A DNA stretch of 29,644 bases from Bdellovibrionales bacterium (GTDB lineage Bacteria; Bdellovibrionota; Bdellovibrionia; Bdellovibrionales; Bdellovibrionaceae). Position numbers and translations under genes: made by a program. The notes beneath the pieces were generated by a model. It did no database searches. It was not told where the DNA came from and saw only the letters and a list, made by a program, of their open reading frames with translations. The stretch spans positions 1-29,644 of the forward strand of contig JANMPT010000014.1 of assembly GCA_031370005.1 (NCBI GenBank), read 5' to 3'. Below, piece by piece: positions 1 through 8,980 of this stretch; positions within the stretch are counted from its first letter, which is position 1, and the number at the start of each line of letters is the position of its first letter.

Positions 1-1
1 T

Positions 2-124
2 AAACAAGATTTAGACAAGCTTTCCAAGGTTCATATTGTTCCTGAGGTATTTAAGAAATTTATAAACGGTTTTGAGTGTCACGCTCCAGTTGATCGCCCC
101 AAAAGCTCACTTGATTCCCTTTAA
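2..124 (+). CDS. 3' end of a hypothetical protein, paralog of the gene at 201..767 (runs off the window start)
   Basis: Frame 2 reads KQDLDKLSKVHIVPEVFKKFINGFECHAPVDRPKSSLDSL*, matching KSELEKAAKNHVVPEVFKKFVASFQC in the next ORF. Confidence 0.8.
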   Translation, partial: KQDLDKLSKVHIVPEVFKKFINGFECHAPVDRPKSSLDSL

Positions 125-200
125 TCAACTATTTTAAAAGTAGAGAGTTTTGCCCCATAGTGATGAAGACGAACAATAAGTTTTAAATAAAAGGGATTCT

Positions 201-767
201 GTGATACCACGAGCGAAAGCATTTAAAAAACTCATTATCATGGCAAAGCTCCTGGCTTTGTTGAGTTTTGTTAGTTTGCCAATGTTCTCCGCATGTACCT
301 GTAAAAAACAAGAAACCAAAAAAGTATGGAGTAGTGGCGTAAACCCGTACTTTTCAATTCACTATCCAGAATGCTGGCGTGAAGGAAAAAACGTCCATCT
401 ATTTGATATACCAGATCGGCTTGACCTTTTTTCGTCGCCAGATTGTCCTAAATCTGATCAAGGAAGTTGGCACATTGGCTTTATGCCTCCGCCGGATAGG
501 CCGCTTCCCGCAGGCCCTAAAGAACGTGAGCAGGAAATCAATATAAATGGAATTTCGGCACAATTTTACGATCAAATAGTTTTTGATTCTACTGCTGAAA
601 ATATAATTTGGACGGTAAGGTTTAGGTGCGACGGACATCTTCTAAGTGCGGAATATAGTGACCATCTGGATAAGTCCGAGCTCGAAAAAGCCGCCAAGAA
701 TCATGTTGTTCCTGAGGTGTTTAAAAAATTTGTTGCGAGTTTTCAGTGTGTTGATTCTGAAAAATAA
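201..767 (+). CDS. Secreted or lipoprotein hypothetical protein, Cys-rich, possibly PsbP-like fold; start may be ATG 240
   Basis: Hydrophobic N-terminus ending FSAC, FSIHYPECW motif, and a paralogous C-terminus upstream. Confidence 0.7.
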   Translation: MIPRAKAFKKLIIMAKLLALLSFVSLPMFSACTCKKQETKKVWSSGVNPYFSIHYPECWREGKNVHLFDIPDRLDLFSSPDCPKSDQGSWHIGFMPPPDRPLPAGPKEREQEININGISAQFYDQIVFDSTAENIIWTVRFRCDGHLLSAEYSDHLDKSELEKAAKNHVVPEVFKKFVASFQCVDSEK

Positions 768-790
768 AGGAGCTTCTTCAAAGCTCGTGG

Positions 791-1906
791 TTAGATAAGA
801 TCTTCAAGTTTTTGTAGCCAAAAGATCATCGCGCGCTCTGCAAAGTAAAGTGCCTTTCGCTCTGTCATTTTTGAAATCATAAAAGGCGCTTCGAAAATAT
901 TTTTAAAGCTCGCTCCTCTATAATGAATTTCGGCCACCGCACTTGTGGAGTCCCAGGATTTTAAGAGCATTTTCAGCGCTTGGGGATCGGCGCTGAGATC
1001 ATTGTGATTGGTAAAATTCCAAGTTCTGGTACTCATAAAGCTGCGAAGGGCCGGGCTGAGGCGATTGAGCAGGGCTTGCCCCGAGAGGGAGTCCACCACT
1101 TGGATTTTGCTCACACTTGTTAATTTCTTGGCGATGAGGGTTGGCACGTCATCACCATTGCGGGTGACGGTGATACCATGAAGGGCTGCATCGACTCTTT
1201 GGATTGCGGGCATGAGCTGTTCTTGTTGGGAATCCAGACAAGTAAGCTTTACTTCTACGTAGGGAAGATGGACGCGATAAGCTTTTTCGATTTCAATACC
1301 TTCAAGGCAAAGCTCCGTGATGTGAGCCACATCAGATTCACCGAGACCCATCGTGTCCCAGGAATAAGTAATGTGTTTATCGAGATCTTTCGTCTTCTCT
1401 CGAATAAAGGCATCAAGGCTGGATCCCCAAATCGCTGCGATCTCGTTCGGAGGGCCCGGCAATACAACCACGTCTTTATTGTATGCTCTTAGTTGAAAGG
1501 CATTGGCCGTGCCTTCAGGATTTAGCAAAACTGTCGAGCCTTTTGGGAAAAGGCATTGTTGACGTTGGGACTCGCGGACTTCAATACCTCGGGATTTTAG
1601 GCGATTGTTCACGTGCTCCCAAGAGGCTTGGTGAAATTCAAGGGCTAAACCTGACCACTCCGAAATAAGCTCGCGAGTAAAATCATCCGAGGTGGGCCCA
1701 AGTCCACCAGTGACAAAGAGCGTGTCGCAGCGTTCAGCGCAAAAGTGAAGGGCGTCGAGGATAAGGGCACGGTCATCGGGCACAACTAAATGGCAACGAG
1801 TAAGAACTCCAAGATCTTTTAGATTTTTAGAGATCCAGGCCGAATTTTTATTTATAATCTGACCTGTGGTGAGCTCTGTACCAACGCTTATGACCGCTAC
1901 TTTCAT
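791..1906 (-). CDS. cinA: CinA-like competence/damage-inducible protein (MoCF-biosynthesis-like domain, degenerate C-terminal domain)
   Basis: SVGTELTTGQIINKNS, TGGLGPTSDDFTRE, NPEGTA, LPGPPNE and GLGESDVA motifs; start set at MKVAVI. Confidence 0.88.
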   Translation of the reverse strand: MKVAVISVGTELTTGQIINKNSAWISKNLKDLGVLTRCHLVVPDDRALILDALHFCAERCDTLFVTGGLGPTSDDFTRELISEWSGLALEFHQASWEHVNNRLKSRGIEVRESQRQQCLFPKGSTVLLNPEGTANAFQLRAYNKDVVVLPGPPNEIAAIWGSSLDAFIREKTKDLDKHITYSWDTMGLGESDVAHITELCLEGIEIEKAYRVHLPYVEVKLTCLDSQQEQLMPAIQRVDAALHGITVTRNGDDVPTLIAKKLTSVSKIQVVDSLSGQALLNRLSPALRSFMSTRTWNFTNHNDLSADPQALKMLLKSWDSTSAVAEIHYRGASFKNIFEAPFMISKMTERKALYFAERAMIFWLQKLEDLI

Positions 1907-2004
1907 ATTTACTATATAGCCCATAACTTAACGCAGCGAAATGGCTTTAGGCTTGCGTTATAGAGGAATACCTCCGAAAAAAGAGCTTATTAAACTATAA
2001 CAGG

Positions 2005-3225
2005 ATGGTCACAATGTCTGATTTTAATTGGAAAGCATTCGATCTTTACAATCCTACGCCTGAGCACGGGATGCTGCGTGAGACCATAGCCAATTTCACT
2101 CAGCAAGAGATTGAACCCCAGGCTCATGAGTATGATCGGAAAGAGCGCTTTAATTTGGCACTTTTTCGTAAAGTGGGCGAACTGGGCCTTTTGGGCATTA
2201 CGGTTCCTGAGCAATTTGGGGGGGCGGGAATGGATGCCACTGCTGCAGTTCTTGTCCACGAAGAAATGTCTGCCTCAGATCCTGGTTTTTGTTTGGCTTA
2301 TCTGGCTCACTCCATGCTTTGTGTAAATAATATCGCGATGAACGCCAGCGAAGCTCAACGGATGAAGTATTTGCCGAAGCTTTGCTCTGGCGAATGGATT
2401 GGCTCCATGTCGATGTCTGAGCCGGCAGTTGGCACAGACGTGATGGGCATGCAAACGACAGCTGTAAAAAAAGGCGACAAGTATATTTTGAATGGTCGCA
2501 AGATGTGGATCACCAATGGCACCATTGACGAAAACAAGACACCTTGTGATTTGACTTTAGTATATGCCAAGACAGCCGAGAAAAACGGTCGTGCTTTGAT
2601 ATCTTCTTTTTTGGTTGAGAAATCTTTTAAAGGTTTCCAGGTTGGGCAGAAAATCCAAGACAAGCTCGGCATGCGGGCCTCTAACACTGCTGAGCTTGTT
2701 TTCCAGGACTGCGAAGTTCCCATTGAAAACCTGATCGGTGCTGAAGGGGACTCCATGGTTCATATGATGAAAAACTTGGAGTTGGAGCGTTTGACTTTAG
2801 CGGCAATGAGTCTGGGGATTGCACGCCGATCTGTCGAAATTATGAATCGTTACGCAACTGAGCGTGAAGCCTTCGGAAAGTCCTTAAACGTTTTCGGTCA
2901 AATCCAAGCTTATATAGCCAATAGTTATGCCGAATACAAAGCTGCTCGCACGTATGTATACGAAACCGCACGGCGCATGGATTTGACCAAAGAAGGCAAT
3001 CGCATGGACTCTGACGGCGTAAAGCTTGTGGCAACAAGCATGGGTAAAAACGTTGCTGATCGCGCAATCCAAGTTTTAGGTGGTTATGGTTACGTCGGTG
3101 AGTACGTGGTAGAGCGTTTGTGGAGAGACGCGAAGCTGCTTGAAATCGGTGGTGGAACTATCGAAGCACATCAAAAAAACATCACACGGGATTTGGCAAA
3201 AAATCCAGAATCACTCTATAAATAA
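2005..3225 (+). CDS. Acyl-CoA dehydrogenase, isovaleryl-CoA dehydrogenase type
   Basis: MSEPAVGTD, KMWITNG, KLGMRASNT, LELERL (IVD-type catalytic Glu position), GGYGY, RDAKLLEIGGGT. Confidence 0.92.
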   Translation: MVTMSDFNWKAFDLYNPTPEHGMLRETIANFTQQEIEPQAHEYDRKERFNLALFRKVGELGLLGITVPEQFGGAGMDATAAVLVHEEMSASDPGFCLAYLAHSMLCVNNIAMNASEAQRMKYLPKLCSGEWIGSMSMSEPAVGTDVMGMQTTAVKKGDKYILNGRKMWITNGTIDENKTPCDLTLVYAKTAEKNGRALISSFLVEKSFKGFQVGQKIQDKLGMRASNTAELVFQDCEVPIENLIGAEGDSMVHMMKNLELERLTLAAMSLGIARRSVEIMNRYATEREAFGKSLNVFGQIQAYIANSYAEYKAARTYVYETARRMDLTKEGNRMDSDGVKLVATSMGKNVADRAIQVLGGYGYVGEYVVERLWRDAKLLEIGGGTIEAHQKNITRDLAKNPESLYK

Positions 3226-3234
3226 GAAGGTCTC

Positions 3235-3945
3235 ATGTTTCCCTATCAAGAGCGAATCCCCGTTGGCACGCATTTATCAGTTCATTATGAACTGATCTTG
3301 CAGCACATCGGTCCTTTGCTCACGTTGGAGCGCCGTCAAAAAATTGATAGAGTGCTTGCGGGTCGCAGTTTCGAAACGGCAGTGGTGCTCGAAGGAATCT
3401 ACGATCGCGGCAATATTAGTGCGGTGATGAGAACCGCAGAAGGCTTAGGCTACGCCAACTTTCATGTGATTGAAACTCAGGAAAAATTCAAAGAGGCCAA
3501 CCGGGTTACTCAGGGTGCTGATAAATGGGTCGAAGTCCAAAAGTGGAAGCAAAGTAAGGATTGCATCAAACAGCTCAAAGATCAGGGCTATAGAATTTGC
3601 GTTACGACTCTCGAAGCAAGTAAGCCACTCGCAGAGGTCGATTTTTCCGGAAAGACAGCCTTGGTACTTGGAAATGAAAAAGATGGAGTTACCCGTGAAA
3701 TGATCGACGCCGCTGACGAACGCATCATCATCCCAATGCCAGGTTTTGTACAAAGTTTTAATATCTCGGTGGCCGGGGCCATTTGCCTTTACCATATTAT
3801 GCTTGATCGCATTAAACGCAGAGGCAGAAATGCGGATCTTACTCAAAAAGAACAAGATATTCTTAAAGCTCTCTATTATATGCGCACTCAGGACTCTGCG
3901 GAGGACTACCTCAAAGAAATGTTCTCTAGGGGCACTATTGCGTAG
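3235..3945 (+). CDS. trmH: SpoU/TrmH-family RNA 2'-O-methyltransferase
   Basis: VLEGIYDRGNISAVMRT, LGNEKDG and IPMPGFVQSFNISVA SPOUT motifs. Confidence 0.85.
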   Translation: MFPYQERIPVGTHLSVHYELILQHIGPLLTLERRQKIDRVLAGRSFETAVVLEGIYDRGNISAVMRTAEGLGYANFHVIETQEKFKEANRVTQGADKWVEVQKWKQSKDCIKQLKDQGYRICVTTLEASKPLAEVDFSGKTALVLGNEKDGVTREMIDAADERIIIPMPGFVQSFNISVAGAICLYHIMLDRIKRRGRNADLTQKEQDILKALYYMRTQDSAEDYLKEMFSRGTIA

Positions 3946-4102
3946 CCCACAGGTATAAGTCCGCTTTGGATGGACAATTTTTGTCTTAAAGACCCTCTTA
4001 TCAAGCCTCAGAACGCTTGTTGCTGATCATATCGCGGCTTGTATTTTGCAGTCGCTTGATAGGGTGTTTTAAGGGCTGTCCCCTAGCTTTTCGGAGATAA
4101 GA

Positions 4103-5146
4103 ATGAGAGTGCGAGAGCAACAAGGAAATCAAAAAGGATATTGGGTCACCGTAGAGTCTTTAGTGCTACTTGCGACCAGTTTTCTTTTTTGCATACCCTT
4201 GATGGCTCAAGATTCAAGCTTTGATAAGTTTGGTCGAAGGGTGATCCCAGAAATTGTCAAGCTTTCGGATGATAAGAGGATTCCAGAAAATGTCTATAAA
4301 GAAAACGACTCAAGATCCATAGGGGAGTCCATCGTTTCCAGAGTTGCCGCAACGAGAACCGCATCGAGATACTCTGCAGTTCCATTCAACGCGTTTAAGA
4401 ATGCTCAATTGCATTACTACTTTTCATTTCAGGATTTGAAACCCGCTGATTTGTCTCGTCGAGGAATTCTTAACATATTTCAAGTCGAGGAAAAAGATTT
4501 ATATAATACGAGAGGAGCAAGGCAGCTGAGACATCGTGAAACTGCGAATAAACTTGCGGGAATTAAAATAGAAGAAACTAAAAGCACAACTGATGAAGCA
4601 AATTACGTGAGGCCGAAGTACGTGGGCCTGGATGTTAATTTGGGTAAGGAATTGGAATTTGCGACCGAGGGGCTTGATCACTTTGGCGAGGCAGTGGCGG
4701 TTCTGAAGCCTGAGGTAATGTTGCGTGCCACCTATACTGCTTTTGATTCAGGAGCTTTTTCCCAGGGATTTCCAGGACCAAAACGCGAGGTTCGCTCTTT
4801 AACTGAGCCTTTTTTATATGCACCACGAGGAGGGAGTTCCCAGTATTTTGAGGCGCAGGTGTGGGGAGAGTTGGACCTTAGAGACATTCAAGAGTTTCTA
4901 GTGCCGAGCGGAACGAGTTCCCGATTGCTTGCTCAGCTTAAGGAGATGGGACTGCCAGTCTATCAATACGCTGAGGTCAGAGATTTTGGTCGATATCGAC
5001 GCATTCGAGATAAGTTACTGTATGCCGGGAGTCTGGAAAAACAAAAGGCTTTGGAGTTTTCACTTCGAATGTCACGAAAGTCGCTCCGAGGGCAGCAAAG
5101 TCAGGTGGGGCAATGCAGCTCCTTATTCACAAGCCTTACAAATTAA
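4103..5146 (+). CDS. Secreted DUF3626-like protein
   Basis: GGAG RBS at 4093-4096; signal-peptide-like ...LVLLATSFLFCIPLMA|QD; RPKY, FGEAVAVLKPEV..RATYTAFDS and YFEAQVWGEL...DI motifs recalled from DUF3626. Confidence 0.65.
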   Translation: MRVREQQGNQKGYWVTVESLVLLATSFLFCIPLMAQDSSFDKFGRRVIPEIVKLSDDKRIPENVYKENDSRSIGESIVSRVAATRTASRYSAVPFNAFKNAQLHYYFSFQDLKPADLSRRGILNIFQVEEKDLYNTRGARQLRHRETANKLAGIKIEETKSTTDEANYVRPKYVGLDVNLGKELEFATEGLDHFGEAVAVLKPEVMLRATYTAFDSGAFSQGFPGPKREVRSLTEPFLYAPRGGSSQYFEAQVWGELDLRDIQEFLVPSGTSSRLLAQLKEMGLPVYQYAEVRDFGRYRRIRDKLLYAGSLEKQKALEFSLRMSRKSLRGQQSQVGQCSSLFTSLTN

Positions 5147-5170
5147 AAAGACTAATCTACTTAATTGCGT

Positions 5171-6796
5171 CTAGTTTTTCCGAATGACGACTGATTTCAT
5201 CAAGGGGTCCTCATCGGGGAGCTCGAAGTCCAAGCAGAACCCTGGCGAGGATAGCACCGTGAAGTAGAACTGACTTTTGAGTTTCTGGATATTCTTCACA
5301 AGATCTGCTTGGGTCCATTTTTCATAGTTCGTGCAAAATAACAGCAGACCACCTTTGCCGAGGCAATAGAGACAATTTACGAGGAGCTCCTCATAGTTCT
5401 TACTGATACTGAAGGTTGAGTTTTTAGACCGGCCGAAGGAGGGCGGATCGCAGATGATCAAATCAAATTTGCGTTTACGACGAGCTGTACCTTTTAAGAA
5501 AAGAAGGCTGTCTTGAACCCAGAACTCATAAATTGGTCTTGGGGCTTCTTCTGACATCATGGATTTGAAATCCAGTTTTGGCCGCGGGATGATTTCCTCA
5601 GACGTTGAAACAGACAGCTTGTTGATCTCAAAATTCTTTTTACTCCATTGGATGAAGTTGCTGCTGACATCTACGGTGACAACTTCTTTAGCTCCACCAA
5701 GGGCCGCATTGACGCTGAAGCCTCCAGTGTATGAAAAAAGATTAAGAACTGCTTTGTCTTTACTATGCTCGCGGACCCAGCGGCGATTTTCGCGTTGATC
5801 TAGGAAGAGCCCAGGGGAAAGGCCTGTGTCATTGCGACAGTCGAATTTTACCTTATTTTCAGAGGCAATCCAACGCAGGCTTTCTTTGCTAGGCCACAGA
5901 ATTTGTGCATTGGGGTCTTCTCCGCGATTGAGCATTTTGCGAACAAAATATTTTTTGCCAAATCGTTTTGAAACTCGTTCAAAGCGTTGCAGGTCTTTTT
6001 CCGTGGGATCATTGTCCTTATACCAATAAAACCACAGATACTCGCCAAACATGTCTATGCGGTAGGAATCAATGTCCTGGTGGCTTAGACGGAAGCATTC
6101 ATTGGGTTTAGATTGAAAATCCAAGAGCCATTGGCGTTTTTGGAAGGCTTCTAAAATCATAAGCTCTTCCTGCTCTATATTCGGATCATTCTCAAGATCA
6201 CTTATCCAAACAGGGGCTGCTGCTTGAAAACTGAATTTTTGTGACTTGTATTCAAAGTTCAGACTATCTGCATGAAGGCAAAGGCGATAAAAGGGGCTGC
6301 CACCGTGCTCTTTACAACCAAGAACGGCAATGCCGTTAGCTTGAGCGTGCAGACGAATTTGATGAGGCTTTCCCGTGATGGGCTCAGCTTGCCACAAATC
6401 GTAGAGTCCTAAGTTTTTTAGTTTTTTAAAATGAGTTTTGGAGTTGAAGGCTGAGTTCGGACGGCCAGAAATATTTATGAATTGCCCCTTTTCTTTTTCA
6501 ATTAGAGATTCATATTCGAAACGGTCTTTGTTTATTTTTTTATCCGTGAGGAAAAAATATTTTTTTTGAATAAGATGCTTTTCAAACAGGGCGGCGAGTT
6601 CTGCGGCTCCCTGCTTGCTTGTGGCAAAGAGCATGGCTCCAGAGGTTTCTTTATCGAGGCGGTGGACAACAAAGAGCTCTTGCTGTCTTATTTCTGAAAG
6701 AACCTCGACAAAACCCTTTTTGCCAATGTCTGGCGAATGGGTGTTATAGCCCGATGGTTTTTGTGTGAAAATAAAGTCAGAGTGGGGAGGGGTCAT
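5171..6796 (-). CDS. Fusion of an RluA-family pseudouridine synthase and an RlmI/RlmK-like class I SAM methyltransferase
   Basis: N-half has KPSG, VHRLDKETSG, TGKPHQIRLH, LCLHA; C-half has GLFLDQRENR, VLNLFSYTGGFS, DLIICDPPSF; start set at ATG 6796 to avoid the lemA leader. Confidence 0.88.
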   Translation of the reverse strand: MTPPHSDFIFTQKPSGYNTHSPDIGKKGFVEVLSEIRQQELFVVHRLDKETSGAMLFATSKQGAAELAALFEKHLIQKKYFFLTDKKINKDRFEYESLIEKEKGQFINISGRPNSAFNSKTHFKKLKNLGLYDLWQAEPITGKPHQIRLHAQANGIAVLGCKEHGGSPFYRLCLHADSLNFEYKSQKFSFQAAAPVWISDLENDPNIEQEELMILEAFQKRQWLLDFQSKPNECFRLSHQDIDSYRIDMFGEYLWFYWYKDNDPTEKDLQRFERVSKRFGKKYFVRKMLNRGEDPNAQILWPSKESLRWIASENKVKFDCRNDTGLSPGLFLDQRENRRWVREHSKDKAVLNLFSYTGGFSVNAALGGAKEVVTVDVSSNFIQWSKKNFEINKLSVSTSEEIIPRPKLDFKSMMSEEAPRPIYEFWVQDSLLFLKGTARRKRKFDLIICDPPSFGRSKNSTFSISKNYEELLVNCLYCLGKGGLLLFCTNYEKWTQADLVKNIQKLKSQFYFTVLSSPGFCLDFELPDEDPLMKSVVIRKN

Positions 6797-6878
6797 GTCC
6801 CTAAGCGTTACACGGATTTGATTGTCGGTCACGGGGAGTTTCAGTAGATTGATTTCACATTTAGGAGGATTCATAGAG

Positions 6879-7472
6879 ATGAAAACACTAGCAAAAATAA
6901 TGTCATTATTTTTAACACTTACGGTTCTCTCTGGTTGCGGAGTTCAATCTATTCCTCAGGCAAAGAACCAGGTCGAGGCTGCCTTGGCCGAAGTGACTAA
7001 TCAGTACAAACGTCGGGCCGACTTGATTCCAAATCTCGTGAATGTGGTAAAGGGTTATGCAAAGCATGAGGAAAAGACTCTGACATCTGTTATTGAGGCT
7101 CGTGCTAAGGCAACACAGGTGACGATTGATCCAAGCAAGGTGACCCCTGAAAAACTTAAAGAGTTTCAAGCAGCGCAAAGTGGAGTTTCTCAGGCTTTGG
7201 GAAGACTGATGGTTGTCTCAGAGCAATATCCGAACTTGAAAGCAGACACTCAGTTCAGAGATTTACAAGCGCAGCTGGAGGGTACTGAAAATCGCATTAC
7301 GGTTGCTCGTCAAAGATACATCCAGGCTGTGCAGGATTTTAATAACCAAGTGACTGTTCCGCCAACAAGTTGGACCAACTCTATTTTCTATCATCATGAG
7401 AAAATGCCACAATGGGAGCTTGCTGAAGATGAAAAAGGCAAAGTAGAAAAACCTCCTCAGGTTAACTTCTAG
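6879..7472 (+). CDS. lemA: LemA family protein (lipoprotein type)
   Basis: AGGAGG RBS at 6863-6868; LSGC lipobox; QYKRRADLIPNLV, YPNLKA, LEGTENRITVAR. Confidence 0.95.
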   Translation: MKTLAKIMSLFLTLTVLSGCGVQSIPQAKNQVEAALAEVTNQYKRRADLIPNLVNVVKGYAKHEEKTLTSVIEARAKATQVTIDPSKVTPEKLKEFQAAQSGVSQALGRLMVVSEQYPNLKADTQFRDLQAQLEGTENRITVARQRYIQAVQDFNNQVTVPPTSWTNSIFYHHEKMPQWELAEDEKGKVEKPPQVNF

Positions 7473-7476
7473 TAAA

Positions 7477-8199
7477 ATGGCTCATTGGTTTGTTAGCTTC
7501 ACACTCTTGTTTTTTTCTGGGTTTTGCTCTTTGGCTCGAGGGGAGTTTGAAGTTCCGCGTCTGACGGGGCCGGTGATGGATTTGGCGGGAGTGATTCGCC
7601 CACAAGATCGTAACGAGCTTGAAAAAGTGATTCGCGATTACAACAGCCAAGGTAAAGCGCAGATACAGATCCTGGTGATCGACTCTTTGCAGGGGCTTGA
7701 GATTGAGGAAGCGGCAATCAAGATCACCGACAAGTGGCAGCTCGGGACGGCAAAAAAAGACAATGGTATTTTATTTCTGATTGCGCCGAATGAGCGCAAA
7801 CTGCGTATTGAGGTCGGGCAGGGGCTTGAGGGCACTCTTCCTGATGTGATCGCAAAGCGCATTATTTCAGACACAGTTTTGCCGCTCTTTAAGGCTCGAA
7901 ATCTTTCAGCTGGGGTGGTCGTTGGCACTTATCAGATCATCAAGTATATTGATCAAGAATACGCAGATCAGCATCTTGCGGAACCAGCTCCCGAGTCTAC
8001 GAAAAGCATTCCAGGCTGGGTCATCATTGTGATTTTACTTTTACTTCTTTTTATTGGTCGCTTTTTGCCAGCGTCCTCTTTCCGTGGGGGCGGCTTCGGC
8101 GGTGGGGGATTTGGAGGCGGCGGCTTCGGTGGCGGCGGCGGTGGTTGGTCTGGCGGTGGCGGCGGCTTTAGTGGGGGCGGGGCTTCGGGCTCTTGGTAA
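7477..8199 (+). CDS. TPM domain (YgcG-like) protein with Gly-rich tail
   Basis: DNGILFLIA, RIEVGQGLEG, a TM helix and the GGGGFSGGGASGSW terminus; follows lemA. Confidence 0.93.
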   Translation: MAHWFVSFTLLFFSGFCSLARGEFEVPRLTGPVMDLAGVIRPQDRNELEKVIRDYNSQGKAQIQILVIDSLQGLEIEEAAIKITDKWQLGTAKKDNGILFLIAPNERKLRIEVGQGLEGTLPDVIAKRIISDTVLPLFKARNLSAGVVVGTYQIIKYIDQEYADQHLAEPAPESTKSIPGWVIIVILLLLLFIGRFLPASSFRGGGFGGGGFGGGGFGGGGGGWSGGGGGFSGGGASGSW

Positions 8200-8202
8200 C
8201 TT

Positions 8203-8880
8203 ATGAAACAAAGATGGATTAAAAAATATCTCACAGAAGATCAAATCACAGCTATCGGCAAGGCTGTTCAACAAGCGGAGCTTGGAACCAGTGGGGATAT
8301 TGTTCCCATGGTGGTTCGTCGAAGTTCGGCAGTTCGCCATGTCCCAGTGGTTTTGGGTTTGAGTTTTGCCTTGGTTTTTTTGGGTGTTGAGGTTTTGGGC
8401 TTTAATGGCTGGTATATGAGCGATCTGTTTCCTTTTCTGATGGGGCATTGGGCTTATCAAGTAGGCTTTTTGGCATTTCTGATGCTTATAGCTTGGGGGC
8501 TTTCACATCTTCATCCTGTTCAACGGCATTTAACCTCGGACGAGGATGAGAAAGAGCAGGTTTGGAAAAGGGCCCAGTTGGAGTTTTTCCTGCATCGCCT
8601 GAATCGCACGCACAAAAAAACCGCAGTGTTAATATTTGTTTCCATTATGGAAAGACGGGCAGTGATTTTAGCCGATGAGGGCATAGCCAAAATTCTCCCA
8701 TCAAATACCTGGGAAGAGGTTTTAAAGCCATTAATGGAATTCCTTCGCCGCGGCGAATGGTCCACGGGTTTCCAAGACTCCATTCACCGCAGCGGCGAGC
8801 TCCTCAAAACCCACTTCCCAGAACCCACTAACAACCCCCACACCAACCAAATCAGCAACAACCTCATCATCAAAGAATAA
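8203..8880 (+). CDS. TPM domain membrane protein (third gene of the lemA operon)
   Basis: AELGTSGDIV, two TM segments, VLIFVS..ERRAVILADEGI, HFP. Confidence 0.88.
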   Translation: MKQRWIKKYLTEDQITAIGKAVQQAELGTSGDIVPMVVRRSSAVRHVPVVLGLSFALVFLGVEVLGFNGWYMSDLFPFLMGHWAYQVGFLAFLMLIAWGLSHLHPVQRHLTSDEDEKEQVWKRAQLEFFLHRLNRTHKKTAVLIFVSIMERRAVILADEGIAKILPSNTWEEVLKPLMEFLRRGEWSTGFQDSIHRSGELLKTHFPEPTNNPHTNQISNNLIIKE

Positions 8881-8902
8881 AAAAGGTACCTGGTAACTTT
8901 TT
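8880..8902. repeat. 23-bp near-perfect palindrome AAAAAGGTACC-T-GGTAACTTTTT
   Basis: 11-bp arms with one mismatch and a 1-nt centre, directly after the TPM stop codon. Confidence 0.8.
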
Positions 8903-8980
8903 GCAGTAATGCTGCGTTATTTAGGGCTGGAAAAATATCAACTGCGGTGATAAATAGTGATAGTTCTTATAAATCGAAAT

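Noticed and set aside
4069..4086. AAGGGCTGTCCCCT as a second skew-associated palindrome
   Set aside because: The arms are imperfect and the upstream flank is G/T-rich rather than C/A-rich
7968..8234. Pro-rich minus-strand ORF
   Set aside because: It is the antisense shadow of the Gly-rich TPM tail
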